Assembly: GCA_051362555.1 (NCBI GenBank)
Contig: CM120640.1
Span: forward strand, 59,374,788 to 59,438,787
Source: Lingula anatina
Taxonomy: Eukaryota; Animalia; Brachiopoda
Direction: 5' to 3'
Length of the DNA: 64,000 bases
The notes under the pieces are model-generated. The model was not told the DNA's origin. It did not search any database and saw only the letters and a list, made by a program, of their open reading frames with translations. This document shows, in pieces, positions 39,521 through 53,000 of this stretch. The first letter of the stretch is position 1. Every line of letters begins with the position of its first letter. A program made the position numbers and the translations under genes.

Positions 39521-41869
39521 CAGCCAGAAAACTTATAAAACATCCAGAGAAGAATACAATAAACCCACCTACAAACCATATAACCATATAACCCCCCCCT
39601 CCCCATGTACAAAGTTTGTGAATCCAGCTTTTATCCCAGATTAAGACAATGATTGATAAAATGGAAATATGCACAGGGCGCTGCAGTGACTTCTGATGCT
39701 GTGTTAATTTGTTTATTTCGTTGTGAATACATGCTCTGTCACATGCTTCGCGGTAGGCTATCAATCTTTATAAATCTGGAACTTAAATTGCTATCATTAT
39801 AGGCCTTACAATATTTGAATACACTAAGTTAGCTTGGGAATTTAAATTCTTGTTAATCCTTGGTATGTGTTGTGACTGAGTAATTCTTTATTGCAATGCA
39901 CTTTTGGATTGGGATATTTAGATATCGAAATCGACTTGAAAGCATCTACACGTATTTCAAATTTGCTCCGTATAAGTTTTGATAATGAGAACCCACAAGA
40001 GAGTGAAAAGAACAAATTAAGTAGACGTTGACTTTCATTCATATCGGCTTCGGCTTTATCAATACCAACCGGGCGTTATTTCCTCTTGTTCCTGTTGCCC
40101 CAGCAAGATCGATGATTAAGCATAAAACATCTCACCAACCCTGTTTGAACTGACGATTGTCAGCTTTAATTCGCTTAGTTGTACAGCTTGATTTAGACTG
40201 CGCTGACACTGTGCAGGGAGTCAAATCAACAGAAGTAAATTCCAATATAGAAAATCAAGTTAACTTTTCAGAATTTTATCACATGCGATTGAATAAAGCC
40301 GCTGTTATAAAAAGCCATGTTTATTGATCGAGTACATGGCTGTCATCGTAATGTTGTGTGTGGGAATAAACTGATTCTTGCTCTAAGCTTGAGAAAATGA
40401 GAGGGAGCTACAGGGGGTTGCTTAACATGCATTAAGTTGTCGTCTGACACGCTTGGAAGCATGCACCTTGTAAATTTCTGAAAAGACATTACTTGTATGG
40501 AGCTATGGTTCATTCCGTCACATACCAAAACAATGCATGTACCAGTAGTACTGTATTACGCAATCAAAGCCGCTGATTTAGCTCCTCAGGATAAGAATAG
40601 AGGAATGGCAACATGGAGAACTAAACATGTAAAACAGCTACTCCGGTATCAAAACTTGTGTTCCGTTCCATGGAGCGTGTGTAATAGAATAAGAAAATCA
40701 GCATTTTTATTTAAAAATAAACCACGGACCGGTAATCTAGCTATCTCACAATTCATATGCACATGTGCATTTTTCGTGCATTTCAAACCTTGACACCGAA
40801 TGCAGGAATGATGTCCATGTAAAAGTTACTTTTACCTTGAAAAAATTCTGAGTAATAATTTATTACTCGATCTTTGGTTTCTAACAAATCAAATATTGCT
40901 TCAAAGCTACATTTTTTGTATTTTCAACCGCCATTTTAGCTCCCCATCAAATACCACATACGAGGAAAAATGACTTACGAAATAATAATGCAACGAACCG
41001 ACGTTCGGATCAGTATTACACACAAGGGAGATGAGTGTCAGTGACACAAAGGGCTGGTCACGTGACAGGTCAGACCACAAATTATCAGCTAGAGGGCTAG
41101 TTCCCAGATGCGATGGATATAAAATCTCAGCCCTTTTTTACTGTTTAGTGACGGTTTAGTAGTTTAGTTCTCTACTCTATGCTATAACTTCTCTTCTATG
41201 CCACTGGTGTTCGCTATCCGCTCATTTTTCTGTCGAAGATCGGCAGGACCATCAACAAAATTACGAACCGATTGTAACATCGGATTGCTGCATTTTTAGC
41301 CTACATGTACATGTACTTCGTAAGTCCAATATTAGTTTTTTTTTTCTTATGTGATATGGTTCTCTTGGGTGTATCAGAAGATTCACTCTCTTCCTATCAA
41401 ATACGCAACCTGTAGGTACTAGTACATACCTGTATGTTGCCTGCTTAGATTTCAAAAGAAAATACAGGTAGGTCAAAATAGAGGTCCAAGTCGCCATGTT
41501 TCCAAACGAATAATACATGTACAGCTATATTTACCTGTATGCCTTCCAATTCTTTTTAGAAGTTTTTTTTTTAGCGACGGGTAGATTTGAAATAAACTTT
41601 CGTAACTGCAGATAATTAGTTAGGCAATGATCACACACACGCAAATACTTGCAGCTGGTTTTAAGAGGGAGCCTGTATTAAAATGAATGCCATTTCTGCT
41701 TTATTTTTCTGTGTTGGCTTTTTAATTCTTACTTTTATCGATCTTTGAAAACGTAAGGTAAAATTAAGTGCCGTGAACAAGTTCCTTAGAAGGAGAGGTA
41801 AACAGAGTTGTCTCGACTGAAAGTCGACGAGCGAATGCAAAAGTGACGTATTTGCAGGGATGCAACATA

Positions 41870-42090
41870 GGGGAGACCGGGGCTAGTTGGACCCCGGGGT
41901 AAGTTGGCCCCCCATCAAGTCTCTTTAATAAAGTTACTTTAAGATGCTAAATTATTTCATTTGGACTCACTGCCGGTGCTTTCTTTGCACTATTGGATAC
42001 GGTCACTTTACAAAATGATGTGATCAATTCTTTTACCCCATAGTTACTTTGTCATAAATTGATGGGGGTCCAACTAGCCCCGGTCTCCCC
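41870..42090. mobile_element. 221-bp Tc1/mariner(pogo)-type MITE with TA TSD
   Basis: TA|GGGGAGACCGGGGCTAGTTGGACCCC ... GGGGTCCAACTAGCCCCGGTCTCCCC|TA: perfect 26-bp TIR around an AT-rich core. Confidence 0.9.
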
Positions 42091-44213
42091 TACCGGTAGT
42101 GCTACACCCACAGTAACCGACCTATGAGGAGGTCTTGTAAATCTGCGCATGATTGTGGGTTAGAGAAAATATCGACTCTCCGACCATTACAATTAATCAT
42201 CACGCAGCAAAAGTATGTTGTATGCTGTGTTATAATTAACACCGAGAACCTTATTTTAATTCGAAAAAAAAAAAAAAAATAATAATAACAGGTGAAGAAT
42301 GCAATTATTTTCAGTCCCCAGCATGCGTCATTGCGCCGTCATCATAACTCACAATGACGACGTGCGCTGCTGTGTTATATTTATATTAGTGGTCGAGGAA
42401 TGTCTGAGTAATTCAAATCATTGACAGAACTTTGGAATATTTTGTACACATCTTAAACTGCCGCTGTTCGCATACGTTCATATGCATTTATATTCGAATT
42501 AAAAAGACATTCTTTAGATTAATTTTCATTGCTGTTTTAATTTCTCTGCGGCTGTCGACGGGAGTATCACGTATCAGAAACCGATGAGGGAAATTATCAT
42601 AGTAATTTTACATCGACCATGGTTCCATTTCCCTTTAGCTAAAGGCATCAACTGCCGCACTTTTTCCATAAGATCGATCTTGTTTCATTACACACCAATT
42701 TTCGTCTCTGAGGATTTTGATAAAAATGTCATACATTTTTTGCTTTATTTTTCTGTAAAAACGACATATTTTCATATTGCTCACGTCATGGAGTCGGTCT
42801 AACAAAATGAAAATTACATTCGAAGCTGTGGCAGTCTCTTACTTATACGTCACATGAAAAAGTGTGTCAATTTTGTTTAAGAGACAAATGTAATTTGGCA
42901 ACACGACCCGTTAAGTTTTAGGACTATCAACAGGGTGTCTACTGATTTCAAACGGAAGAATTCTGTAAAATTTCTCAATATGCTGCCGTCGCCTCCTGAC
43001 AATAGTTTCAAGCGTTACCCACATGCTTGAAATGCGTCAATTATCCTTCTTGGCTTCTTAACGTTGTTGTGAGTCCAGTGAAGGAAAAATTTAATGCTTA
43101 TTTCTACAGTAGTAGTTTTACATTTGGTGACTCGTGTGCTCATTTAGAAATTGTATAGCGCTCTCATCTCTTTGTCTACCAAGGCATTCCCCATTAACCA
43201 AACGAATAGTTTATTAATGTCAATTAATTACCTGTATCACATTGGTTTGCTGGTCAAATAACTCATATTTCAATTTCAAAAGCATTTAGCCAAATTAATC
43301 ACTTACAATTGATTGCACTCAACAACTTATGACCCGGCTACATGTAAGCCTCCAGACAGCTTCTGGCGTTTTAGCGCATTAAACTAATATAACGAACATT
43401 AGCTATTTCAGTAATAATACTGGAAAACAAATGAGATAAGGGAGCAAGCGCCACTGAGTGATATGTAAATGTATATGACATTCAGGTGTACCAAATTGAA
43501 ATGACTACCTTTACAGTGACGTATTTTAGCCAGAAATGTTTGATTTTTTTTTAATGTTTAATATCAGACCGCACAAAACGAAGACGACAATGCACCGCAA
43601 AATCCTGAAGTGCTTCATCAGTCATAGCTTATCAAACCTTATTAATCAGAATGAATACATCGCCTGGAGTAACCCGATCGACTGATTCCCACTAGACTTC
43701 CTGGTAGTATGTTTTCCTGATTTCAATACTCCGAACAAGACACCAGAACGGTCCTAAATTGGCTCAATATCGAACCCAACTAGACTTGTTATGCCATCTG
43801 TAAGTATAATATTACCCCTGACGCCGCTTTCGGTCTTTATCAGTCAAAATCAAACCAGGGTACATTTCTACTATATTTGATTTATTTGAAATATTATTCG
43901 AAGCGGTTGTCCTCGTCCTTGACTAAAACATCAGATTATTTTTATCTTTTGGCGATTTGTGGGGAAATTGAGGAATGCCACAAAAGTAAAATGTATTTTG
44001 AGTAATCGTAGAAAAAAGAACATATCACGTCTTATCCTCAGCTTAATCAAAAATGACATCTTGGTTTGCGACTAATGGATAAATTGAGAAATATTGATTA
44101 ATAAAATTCATATTCATAAAAACAAATAATGAAGTATATGCTAATTCTTTTAAATAACCCAAAGTAAGTAAGCCCACAATATGCATTACGCCAACAGGGA
44201 GGGTTTCGACATT

Positions 44214-44374
44214 GGCCCCATCCAGAATAGAGGACTACATAGTCCAAGGGTCAAATATGGCGACCCAATACAAAGCTTGTCGTCTAATTCACTTATAAAT
44301 AGACACTGAAGCATTCAAGTGGGTGGGCCATATTTGACCCTCGGACTACTTAGTCCCCTATTCTGAATGGGGCC
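44214..44374. mobile_element. 161-bp MITE with 48-bp TIRs and 3-bp flanking duplication (Harbinger-like)
   Basis: ATT|ggcccc..aatatggc (44214-44261) and gccatatt..ggggcc|ATT (44327-44374); 43 of 48 positions match. Confidence 0.85.
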
Positions 44375-45665
44375 ATTGGCGCCTTGTGATGACCATACAG
44401 TCCACAAAAATTCGTGTCTCGCAATTGACACAGTACTTTTGTCTACCCTTTCTCTTGTCTCGCTTAGAATTAAGACATACATTTGTTTTAATATAAAAAC
44501 ATGATACATGTACTTCGTTTAACTTTGGTCCACCGGTACACCTCAACGAAACGACCGGGACTAACCCACAGATAGAATACAGTGGCAAAAAGTTCTGACC
44601 GAAAGTAGCTTCATTTCAGTGAACAACTGAAGGTTTACCCTGGATACATATAAAGCACTTATATACATCCTGAGTCAAAAGAGTTTTTTTAACTATACAA
44701 GAACACTACTGTTTTCTCAAAGATGAGACCAGTGTTTGTCTCAAGTTATTTTGTGAAGCCGGATCTCATCATTTGTGAATTGAAATCAGCTGATAGTCGT
44801 CGGCCAAGTAACAACAGACATTAATTCAAAGGTTATTTCTAAATAGGTTAGATGTAAATTATACGAGTGCAAAAGTATTACATATATGGAACATTTGCCT
44901 TTGTAATGCATTAGATCGTTAACATATTTGTAAAGCTATCATGAAAAGGAAACTTTACTGTTACTGTCTTTGCCTTCATGTCGATAGCCCTTTACCTGCT
45001 CCACCATTAAAATTTCGAGTTCCCTAAAGCGGGAATCATTGCTATGAACAATAAATGCAGTGTTTTTATACGATAATCATTTGATTTTCTAATAAACTGC
45101 CTACCATACTCTAATTACACTACATTAAATGCGTCTGAATGGAATACCCTCTGTCGCAAAAAGTGCTGGCGTAATACCTAAAAATCCAATTGCCAGGCCA
45201 AGATGAAGCGTTTCGTAGTCACATCTGAGCTCTACAACCATGTAGTTGCTAAAATCACCGCAAACTTTGTCGTTTTTCTTATCCCTGAACCACAACACGT
45301 CCTCGTAATTGACAGACACGTTTCAAACATTTTGGATTGACCCTCAACTCGCGTTCAACGTCAAGGAGTCTGAACTTGATATAATACGTGTGCCAGGTAA
45401 CTACATGTACATATACATATCTTGATTTTCTTCGTCCCAAATGTACCAATATAATACAGTGCAGGTGACGAGCTTAATTATGTCCCGATTTGGTGAGCCT
45501 TTCGATGCTCACTAAATCAGGGCATAAAGCTAACTCAGGATGAAGAAAGGCAAGATTATGGAGTTACTCGTTTCACATATTTTTGTAAGTACTCTGTGTG
45601 TAAAAGACACAAAGTGTCAAGGTAATCAATGTACTCAGCGTGCTTCTGTCCAACTCCCTTGAATA

Positions 45666-45705
<40 letters not shown>
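45666..45705. repeat. (AAT)n microsatellite
   Basis: Pure trinucleotide run. Confidence 0.95.
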
Positions 45706-45707
<2 letters not shown>

Positions 45708-48700
45708 GTTACCTAATGTAGGCCTACATATAATATTTTTCGGAATAAAAAACTCTCTGTTGAAAAATGAAGTAAACACACGCAGCCAAGAATCAAGAAC
45801 TATGTGACGCAAAAATGTATTGGTCACAGATTGTGAATCACCCAGATATTGCTTCTATTTCGTCAGAATGGAAGTGGATTAAAGACATAGATGTGAACTT
45901 TCACAGCCAAAGTTATCAAGATTTTTAAAAAATGGTAATGGGATGAAATTGCATGGGAAATTTCCTCCGAATTTTATCCTCTTTGTAAAATAATATGATT
46001 TTATATGCTAAATCATATAATGAAAACTAGCTCTAACGGTCTACAAGTAAAACTATTTGTGCATGTATTTTCGCGTCAAAAGCAACCATTAGCTTTAATG
46101 ATTTAATTGATTCATAATATGCATGGCGTTCATGGAATTATGTAAATGTTTGTGTTAATTCAAATCTAGTGAAAAAGCAACTAATAGATATTAGAAATGT
46201 TCTGATCAATACTAGTAGCGTGTTGGCATCTATGTAATATGTGGCCTTATTAAGCTGCCAAATTACTGTACTTGTTTGAGACATAAGCCATTGGTCGTTT
46301 CCTTTGCTAAAAGTTCGTTTGTAAAATTTAGTAGGAATGCTAGTATTTGGCACGCCGATGGCTTTTGCAGAGCAGCACGTTTTAATGCCAAGACGACACA
46401 TTTGATTTGACTTGAGTGCACTTTAATTAGTGAAATGTTCCAGTAGATGTCTATCACTTGCAATGTTCATTTTGGAAACATATTTTTATTCTTGTCAAAT
46501 TTTATATGTGCTAGCTCATGTGTAGAATACGCAAACGGAGACATGGATCTTCCAGTAGTTATCCGTTTGTCTGAGGCGCACATGTTAGCAGGGCATATAA
46601 CTAAAATTGTGCCCAAAGCTTCAAACCAAATACGTTCACGTTGCCCTATTACTTTTGAAGATGGGCATATTCGTTTGGTTTATAACGGTTAGGCATATAT
46701 CAATATAAAATCAGCGTAAACTGAATAGAATCTATTAACATCTTGCTACTGTCTCTTTGTATTGATCACGCTTGCTTCTTGTATACATGCACGCGTTGTT
46801 GACACTGTCTCAAATGGGTGATCTGTTGACTTAAGCTGGGCAAACATTAATGTTGACCAACCCACAATTATGTTTGTTCAGAGATTAGAAACGCCGCTAA
46901 TCGGTGAATTTAACTTACTGCATAATGATGCCAAATTTAGCATATTGCTGACTTTAATGTTGGTTTAGTGATTTAACGCTTCCCCGCATATAGCCGTGCG
47001 TGACACTAACGCAGTGTCAACACACGAACTACAGAATGCTTTGCTGTCAGATTTGTTGTTAAGTGCTAGGTTTGCAAAATTAACTTCGTATAACCAACTT
47101 TGAGACAAAAAAGAATTGAACTTAAAGTATATTTCTAACATTCAACGTAGAATACACTCCCGTTTGAATGAGGCAGCTCACAGCACATATGAAATGCGCG
47201 TTGTTATTTGCAATACACACATCCCAGCGATCGCATATTCAACTGAATATTTCATGATATGGGGTATCTGGTTGGTTGGTGAAAAGAACAAAGTCATTTC
47301 TCCGAACGTCCCACGACACAAGTGCCTAGAAATACAAGGGACATTTGGTTTTATTTTAGCACACACCTTCATCAAGTGTTCAGAACTATCGCTCGCCTTT
47401 ATATCCTCTTTGGGAACATTCTGAACCGCTTTGGCATTGAATAATAAACCTTTCAAAATGTCACTGAAACCCAGTGGGAATAAAGCAAAAATGATGAAAA
47501 AATATTGTATACCAGCACCAAACATTTTTTTTATATAAATAATAAAGAAATGTCGTTTTCAAATTTGGGTCTTGTTGTCTGTTCATTTTGATAATTGCGC
47601 ATCTCACCACTATAACTACCAGTACAATATTGTTTTCGTATAGTATCGTAAAGAAAAGTAACATAGTTTTATAAGAAATTAAAGATTTTTTGGGAGTTGC
47701 CTTGTGCACTTTGAAAACAGCTGAAACATCCATTTGGGAAATTATCCTAAAGTCAGTAGCGTCAAATTATTGGTTTGGGATATTAAGCGAAGTATAAGGG
47801 CAACGTATTTCAAGAAGTCATGGGTCTTAGAATATGCTGGAAGCAGATGATTACTGGACTTAATTTGGGTAGAAAAAAATAACTGCATCTATGACGGTCA
47901 TGACTTTCTGTCAGTGTCGGTATTCAAATACGTAGAAAATTCGGTGGAATATGGATTAAAGCCAAAGCTAATTTATCCGCAGGAAATAAACACCCTTAAG
48001 CAGAGATGCTGTTTTTGTTCAGAGCGGAATCGTCAATATGACCTTGTCAACATGGATCCTGAACCCAATTTTTTGATCATACAATTATTGACATTACTTT
48101 CTGGTACGCATCGACCATGATGGCAGGATGGATGTACAGTCGCATAAAAGCATGGTGATTAGGTTTTTTTTTGCTGCAGAATCATGGTTTCAAATGATTC
48201 AAGTGTAAAACGGTACTTTCGAAGCTATGTCACGTGGCTAACCGTACCAGGAAAAAAACACAAGCAAATCAATATACAGTACGGTGAGGTTCTTCTTCAT
48301 TGAGAAGCCCTTCTTGGTTACCCAGATGAGTCCGCATCACTGAATCACTGAGCTTAAAGAACACGCTCTCTGGCTGTTTGGACGAAATTGTAAGCCGAAC
48401 TAAGCTTTCATTTATCGAGTGACAGTTTTATTCAAATCCATATTTTAACTCCGCAACCACGTTGAAATATTGTCTTTCTGAGCTATATTATTGATTGTCC
48501 ATGATAATTCTTCATGACATTTAAACCTTCGATAATTAAATGGATTGTACGTGAAAGCACTGGGATTATCGACCTGGTGTAAACAATCCGCTACCTGAAA
48601 TATTTGCACGCGTCACATGTGTCAGCGATTTGAACCAAAATGGCCTTGTGCACCTGCAAAAAGTCGAACTTCTGGTTTGAGTTGGATTTCTAATAACTGT

Positions 48701-49872
48701 ATTACTGCTGACATTTCAACGATTTACGGACAGACCCTCCATTTTCATTTTTCCCTGTTGCTCTATAAGCCTAGCTCTCGATTCACTTAGCAAAAACGTT
48801 GCCGGTTTGATAAGAGGGTAATCGACTAGAAGTAAAAAAAGTGTTGGAATGGAAAAGTGAATGCGTTTACTAATCGAAATAATTATTTTGCACAGCTGTT
48901 CAACTTGTGTTTTTCTTAACTCTTCATGTCTCAGGTCATCCCTGTGTGTTATTCCTCATTCATTCATTACGAGGTGCTACGCAATTTCCTAATTCAGACC
49001 AACTTGCATATGATGGCTGAGAAGATCAAAGGTCATCCCTTGGGTCATTTAACGGCATTTTATTTGTTGGGCTAATGCTTCTATCATTTGAACCAAATGT
49101 TTCATGACAAAATTCCACAGAGGCGGTGCATCAATGATATGTTGACACAATTTGTATATATAAGTATGGCAATTGAGGAAAAAATAGGTATTGTAGAACA
49201 TTATTTTTAACGGCTGTCATTCGAGGTCAGCGATCACCTTGCACAGGACTGATGGTCATTAATAAACATATATTCTTCTGGTCACGTTATTGGCACAATA
49301 AGAATAAGTCCCACGTAAATCTAAAGTTTAATCTGACAGAATCTGATCACTATTGCGTCAATATTGCCAATTCACAATGAAAAGGAGAGTATCGGGTTTA
49401 TTTACTTGAAAGGTGCGCATTCCCTTTGGGATCAAATTTCCCTCTGTGCGTTAGCAAATATGATATACAGACGCTCGAATGAAATAGTGGATGGATGATA
49501 TGTCCACGGCGTCACGAATCGTTTAGAGATATGTTCAAACATCTCCAGTGCGAATTGGTTTCCATTTAAAGGCATTCTTTATGGAGCTGGGCTTTACATT
49601 AAAAAAAGAAAACAAACAACTTGTTAAATATGTAAACATGTCAGTGTGGACATCTACATGACCAAGGATTAAATCACGTATAAATAATTTGATTCGATTA
49701 ACAATTTACACGCAACCTAACGAAGAGTATGTTGGCTTACGCAGATATATGGTTAAGTTCTTTTCCCGTCTGCGTATAACTTAATTTGCGTGTTAACCCC
49801 CCCCCCCCCTTTGCCCTCTTCCTCTTACTCTAAACGCCATATTTTGCTAACCGGCGCTGTTTTTGAAAAGGA

Positions 49873-50098
49873 AATATGACAGCTATTTAATCATTTCTGA
49901 TAATACCGAATTCATGAAGTACAATGTTCATCAAATCCCGTAATGACAAGCATGCCTGGATATACATAATGTATGTAAGTAAGTGCTAGTATATGTAATA
50001 TGACAGTTATTTCTTCTTTTCTGATAGTACCGAATTCATATAGTGCACTGTACATACATGTATAAAACCCTAAATGACAAGCATGCCTGGATGTACAT
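49873..50098. repeat. Diverged tandem duplication, period about 124 bp
   Basis: Two copies of aatatgacag.tattt..tttctgata.taccgaattcat..aatgacaagcatgcctggat.tacat, starting at 49873 and 49997. Confidence 0.88.
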
Positions 50099-53000
50099 TT
50101 TTTTTATATGTATTTGCGACAGAATATTCATGTATTGTACTAAATACTCCAATATAAGATATCAGATTTGGTTCACCTTTGTTTTTTTTCAATGTATTTT
50201 AGCTGTTTAATGTGGCACCGTTACATATTTAGCCCAAATTACAACATTAAATCTGGGTTTACAGTGGTACACAGGAACGATGTACCAATATAAAAACGAC
50301 CAACAACATTTATTACATGCGTCATAATACAGTCGATGTATCGGTGTGTGGCCCAAAAACTAGTATGCTAGTACATTGTTGCGTTACAGAAGTTACCCGC
50401 AAGGCGGCGCTGGATATCATGAAACATTTGCGTGTCAGTTTAAAAGTGTTCTTTCCATAAGGTCGCAAACGGACATTCCATGACTAAATTTAATCTAATG
50501 TGGCTTCTCTCTGTTTTAATACACTCTACGTTTTAATACAATCCTATACGTACATTACACTGAGGAATACGTAATTGTAAAATACAGTAGTCCGTATTTG
50601 TGACTTTTTGTATCTTCACATTGCATCAGCAATAGTTCGTTAGTTACAGGTATTCCATACGTATTATAATTTGCGGTTATCTTGTCAGATCAACTATATA
50701 CATGTATTTTAACAAACGGCCCCAGGTTGGGGCCCCTCGTGGTGATATATTGAGTCTGTATTGCTACTGCCAAAACATGTGAGACGTAATCAAATTGATA
50801 ATGTATCTGTTCGATTTAAATTTAGTTGCCTATTGCAATAACAGGTCCGTTATTTTACACATGTGTAATTCGCATGGTTTTTCGGTGATGTTTCTTAACC
50901 TTAAAAAGTGTTAACGACACAATAAGCAATAGTACTGTTGAAAAAGGTGCTGTACTAGTTTTTTTCACGTTACTGTGTTTACATGCCGTTGAATACATGT
51001 AAGTACCTGGTCATTTATGCTCGCAGGCATATTGCAAATTTACCCATTTTACGGTGAAATCTCATCCTCTGGGCCACATTCACCAAGAATCTAATTTTGA
51101 GAATCAGTCTGATCTGAGCCTTATTTGATTCACAGCCGACAAACTTTTTAACAGCTCGGCAGTACCAGTATATGCATAATTCACTCGTGTCCTTTTCGGA
51201 AATGATGTAATTTTGATTGCAATAACATTTATGTGTAACAACATGCAATTATTACTCTTGTTGTGAAGGGCTTTGAGATACAGGTAACCTTCGAATCAGC
51301 CGTTGTGCCATTTTGTGTCTGTGCGATTTTTGGTGCACTGCGTCTTGATTTACAACCGCGTAATTCGGGCGTTTCATGACTAAACTCTTGCTGTGGTAAA
51401 TCAGCAGAAAACACCTTTGATTGAAGCCCATTTTAAAAAGCTCATCTTTACATAGCGTGATATCAATCTGCTGGAAATTAAAGCTTTTCAACATGAATAA
51501 ACATACACCACCTACTAGTACAAACAAAATACACACATAATACTGATGTGTGCTTTTTATAACAATAGGTTAAATTTATCCTCTTTCGCCTTACGAGGTC
51601 GAATGTTTTATATACTATAATGTTTGTGATTATAACCTTTCTGTGGTCTATTTCTCTACACATAAATTTCACGGATTGATTTCCTTTTCATCAGTTGGGG
51701 TCGTATTTGGTGGGTCAAAGAAGCTTCTATGCCGTTAAAACATTTAAAACGTGTTAACGGTTTTTCCATCTTTTATCGTTTATTTACTATACCTACAAGG
51801 GTGGTAACGACGGTGAATTGTATGTCACCATTCCCCCAAACACCCCACTGGCAACCAAAATAAACATTACACGAAGTCAATTATCCATTAATGCTTTCTT
51901 ACTATTATATCCCAAACCTCATTCCAAGTTCATTTAGTAAAAGATATCATCGATTCAAAGGGAAAAGGAAATAATTATAAGACGTTTTCAAAAGCAATAA
52001 TTCAGTGAAGTGTTAATGTACACGCTGCTTTCAAAAGTTTCACATGCGGTAGATATTTTTGAAATGTCCTAAATAATGTAAGCGCTGTAGGTTAGGAGGT
52101 TTCTTTGAGACTCGTCCTCACCGGGGAAATTAAGCGGGTATATAAGGAAATAAGTAATGGTCTTATTTAGTCACTGTAAACATCCTGTATTTAAAAAATA
52201 TCGGAATTAGGACTCCCCCATTTTTTATTGTCATTTGTTAGTTTTAGGTTTGTGATCAGTTGATTAGTGCGACAAGCATTATAAGTTTTTTTACACAATG
52301 AATTAGAACGTACCCTGCTGGGTGACGAGAAGAAACGAATTAAAAAATACAGGTCCCATGCTGGGAGCACGTTATCAACAGATTTCTGTAGTGAATCGAT
52401 ACTTGTGGTCTCATTTGAAAACTGGAAACTGTGAACGTGTTGAGTTTAGGTTTCAAATTGACAGTGTGATGGACAGTGAGAACCAACAAAACATTAGCAC
52501 CAGTCACCTTCTTGAAATTATATATCTAAAAAATATTTATTCTGGGATGAAAGCAATTTTACCCGGCTACAGTAAAGTGAAATGCTCGGCGAAACACATG
52601 CTTTGATTTCATGCCTGAAGGAAACATAAGGTTTGCAAATCACTCAAAACGTTATACAAACAAATACGGTACACTTTGTCTAAACAGAGTCTGTAAGGCT
52701 AAGAAATGTCAATAATTTGGGGCTGCTTAAGCACCTGTGAACTCGGTCAAAGAGGTAAAAAAATTACATTAGGGTAACTGTGAACACACATTTTCATTTA
52801 ACCGTATGTCTGCATATTAATTCTCGAAAAAATGCGCATCTACAAAAATGTATCACTATCTTAGAAGAACGGTGTATCACGACTTTCCTCTATAATCTAG
52901 GTACTTTTTATGAGAATTAATAGCCATCTATTGAGACACTATCTGATAACAAACTTACAACAACTCTGTATTTTTATGGAAAACCAATCACAGGCACATT

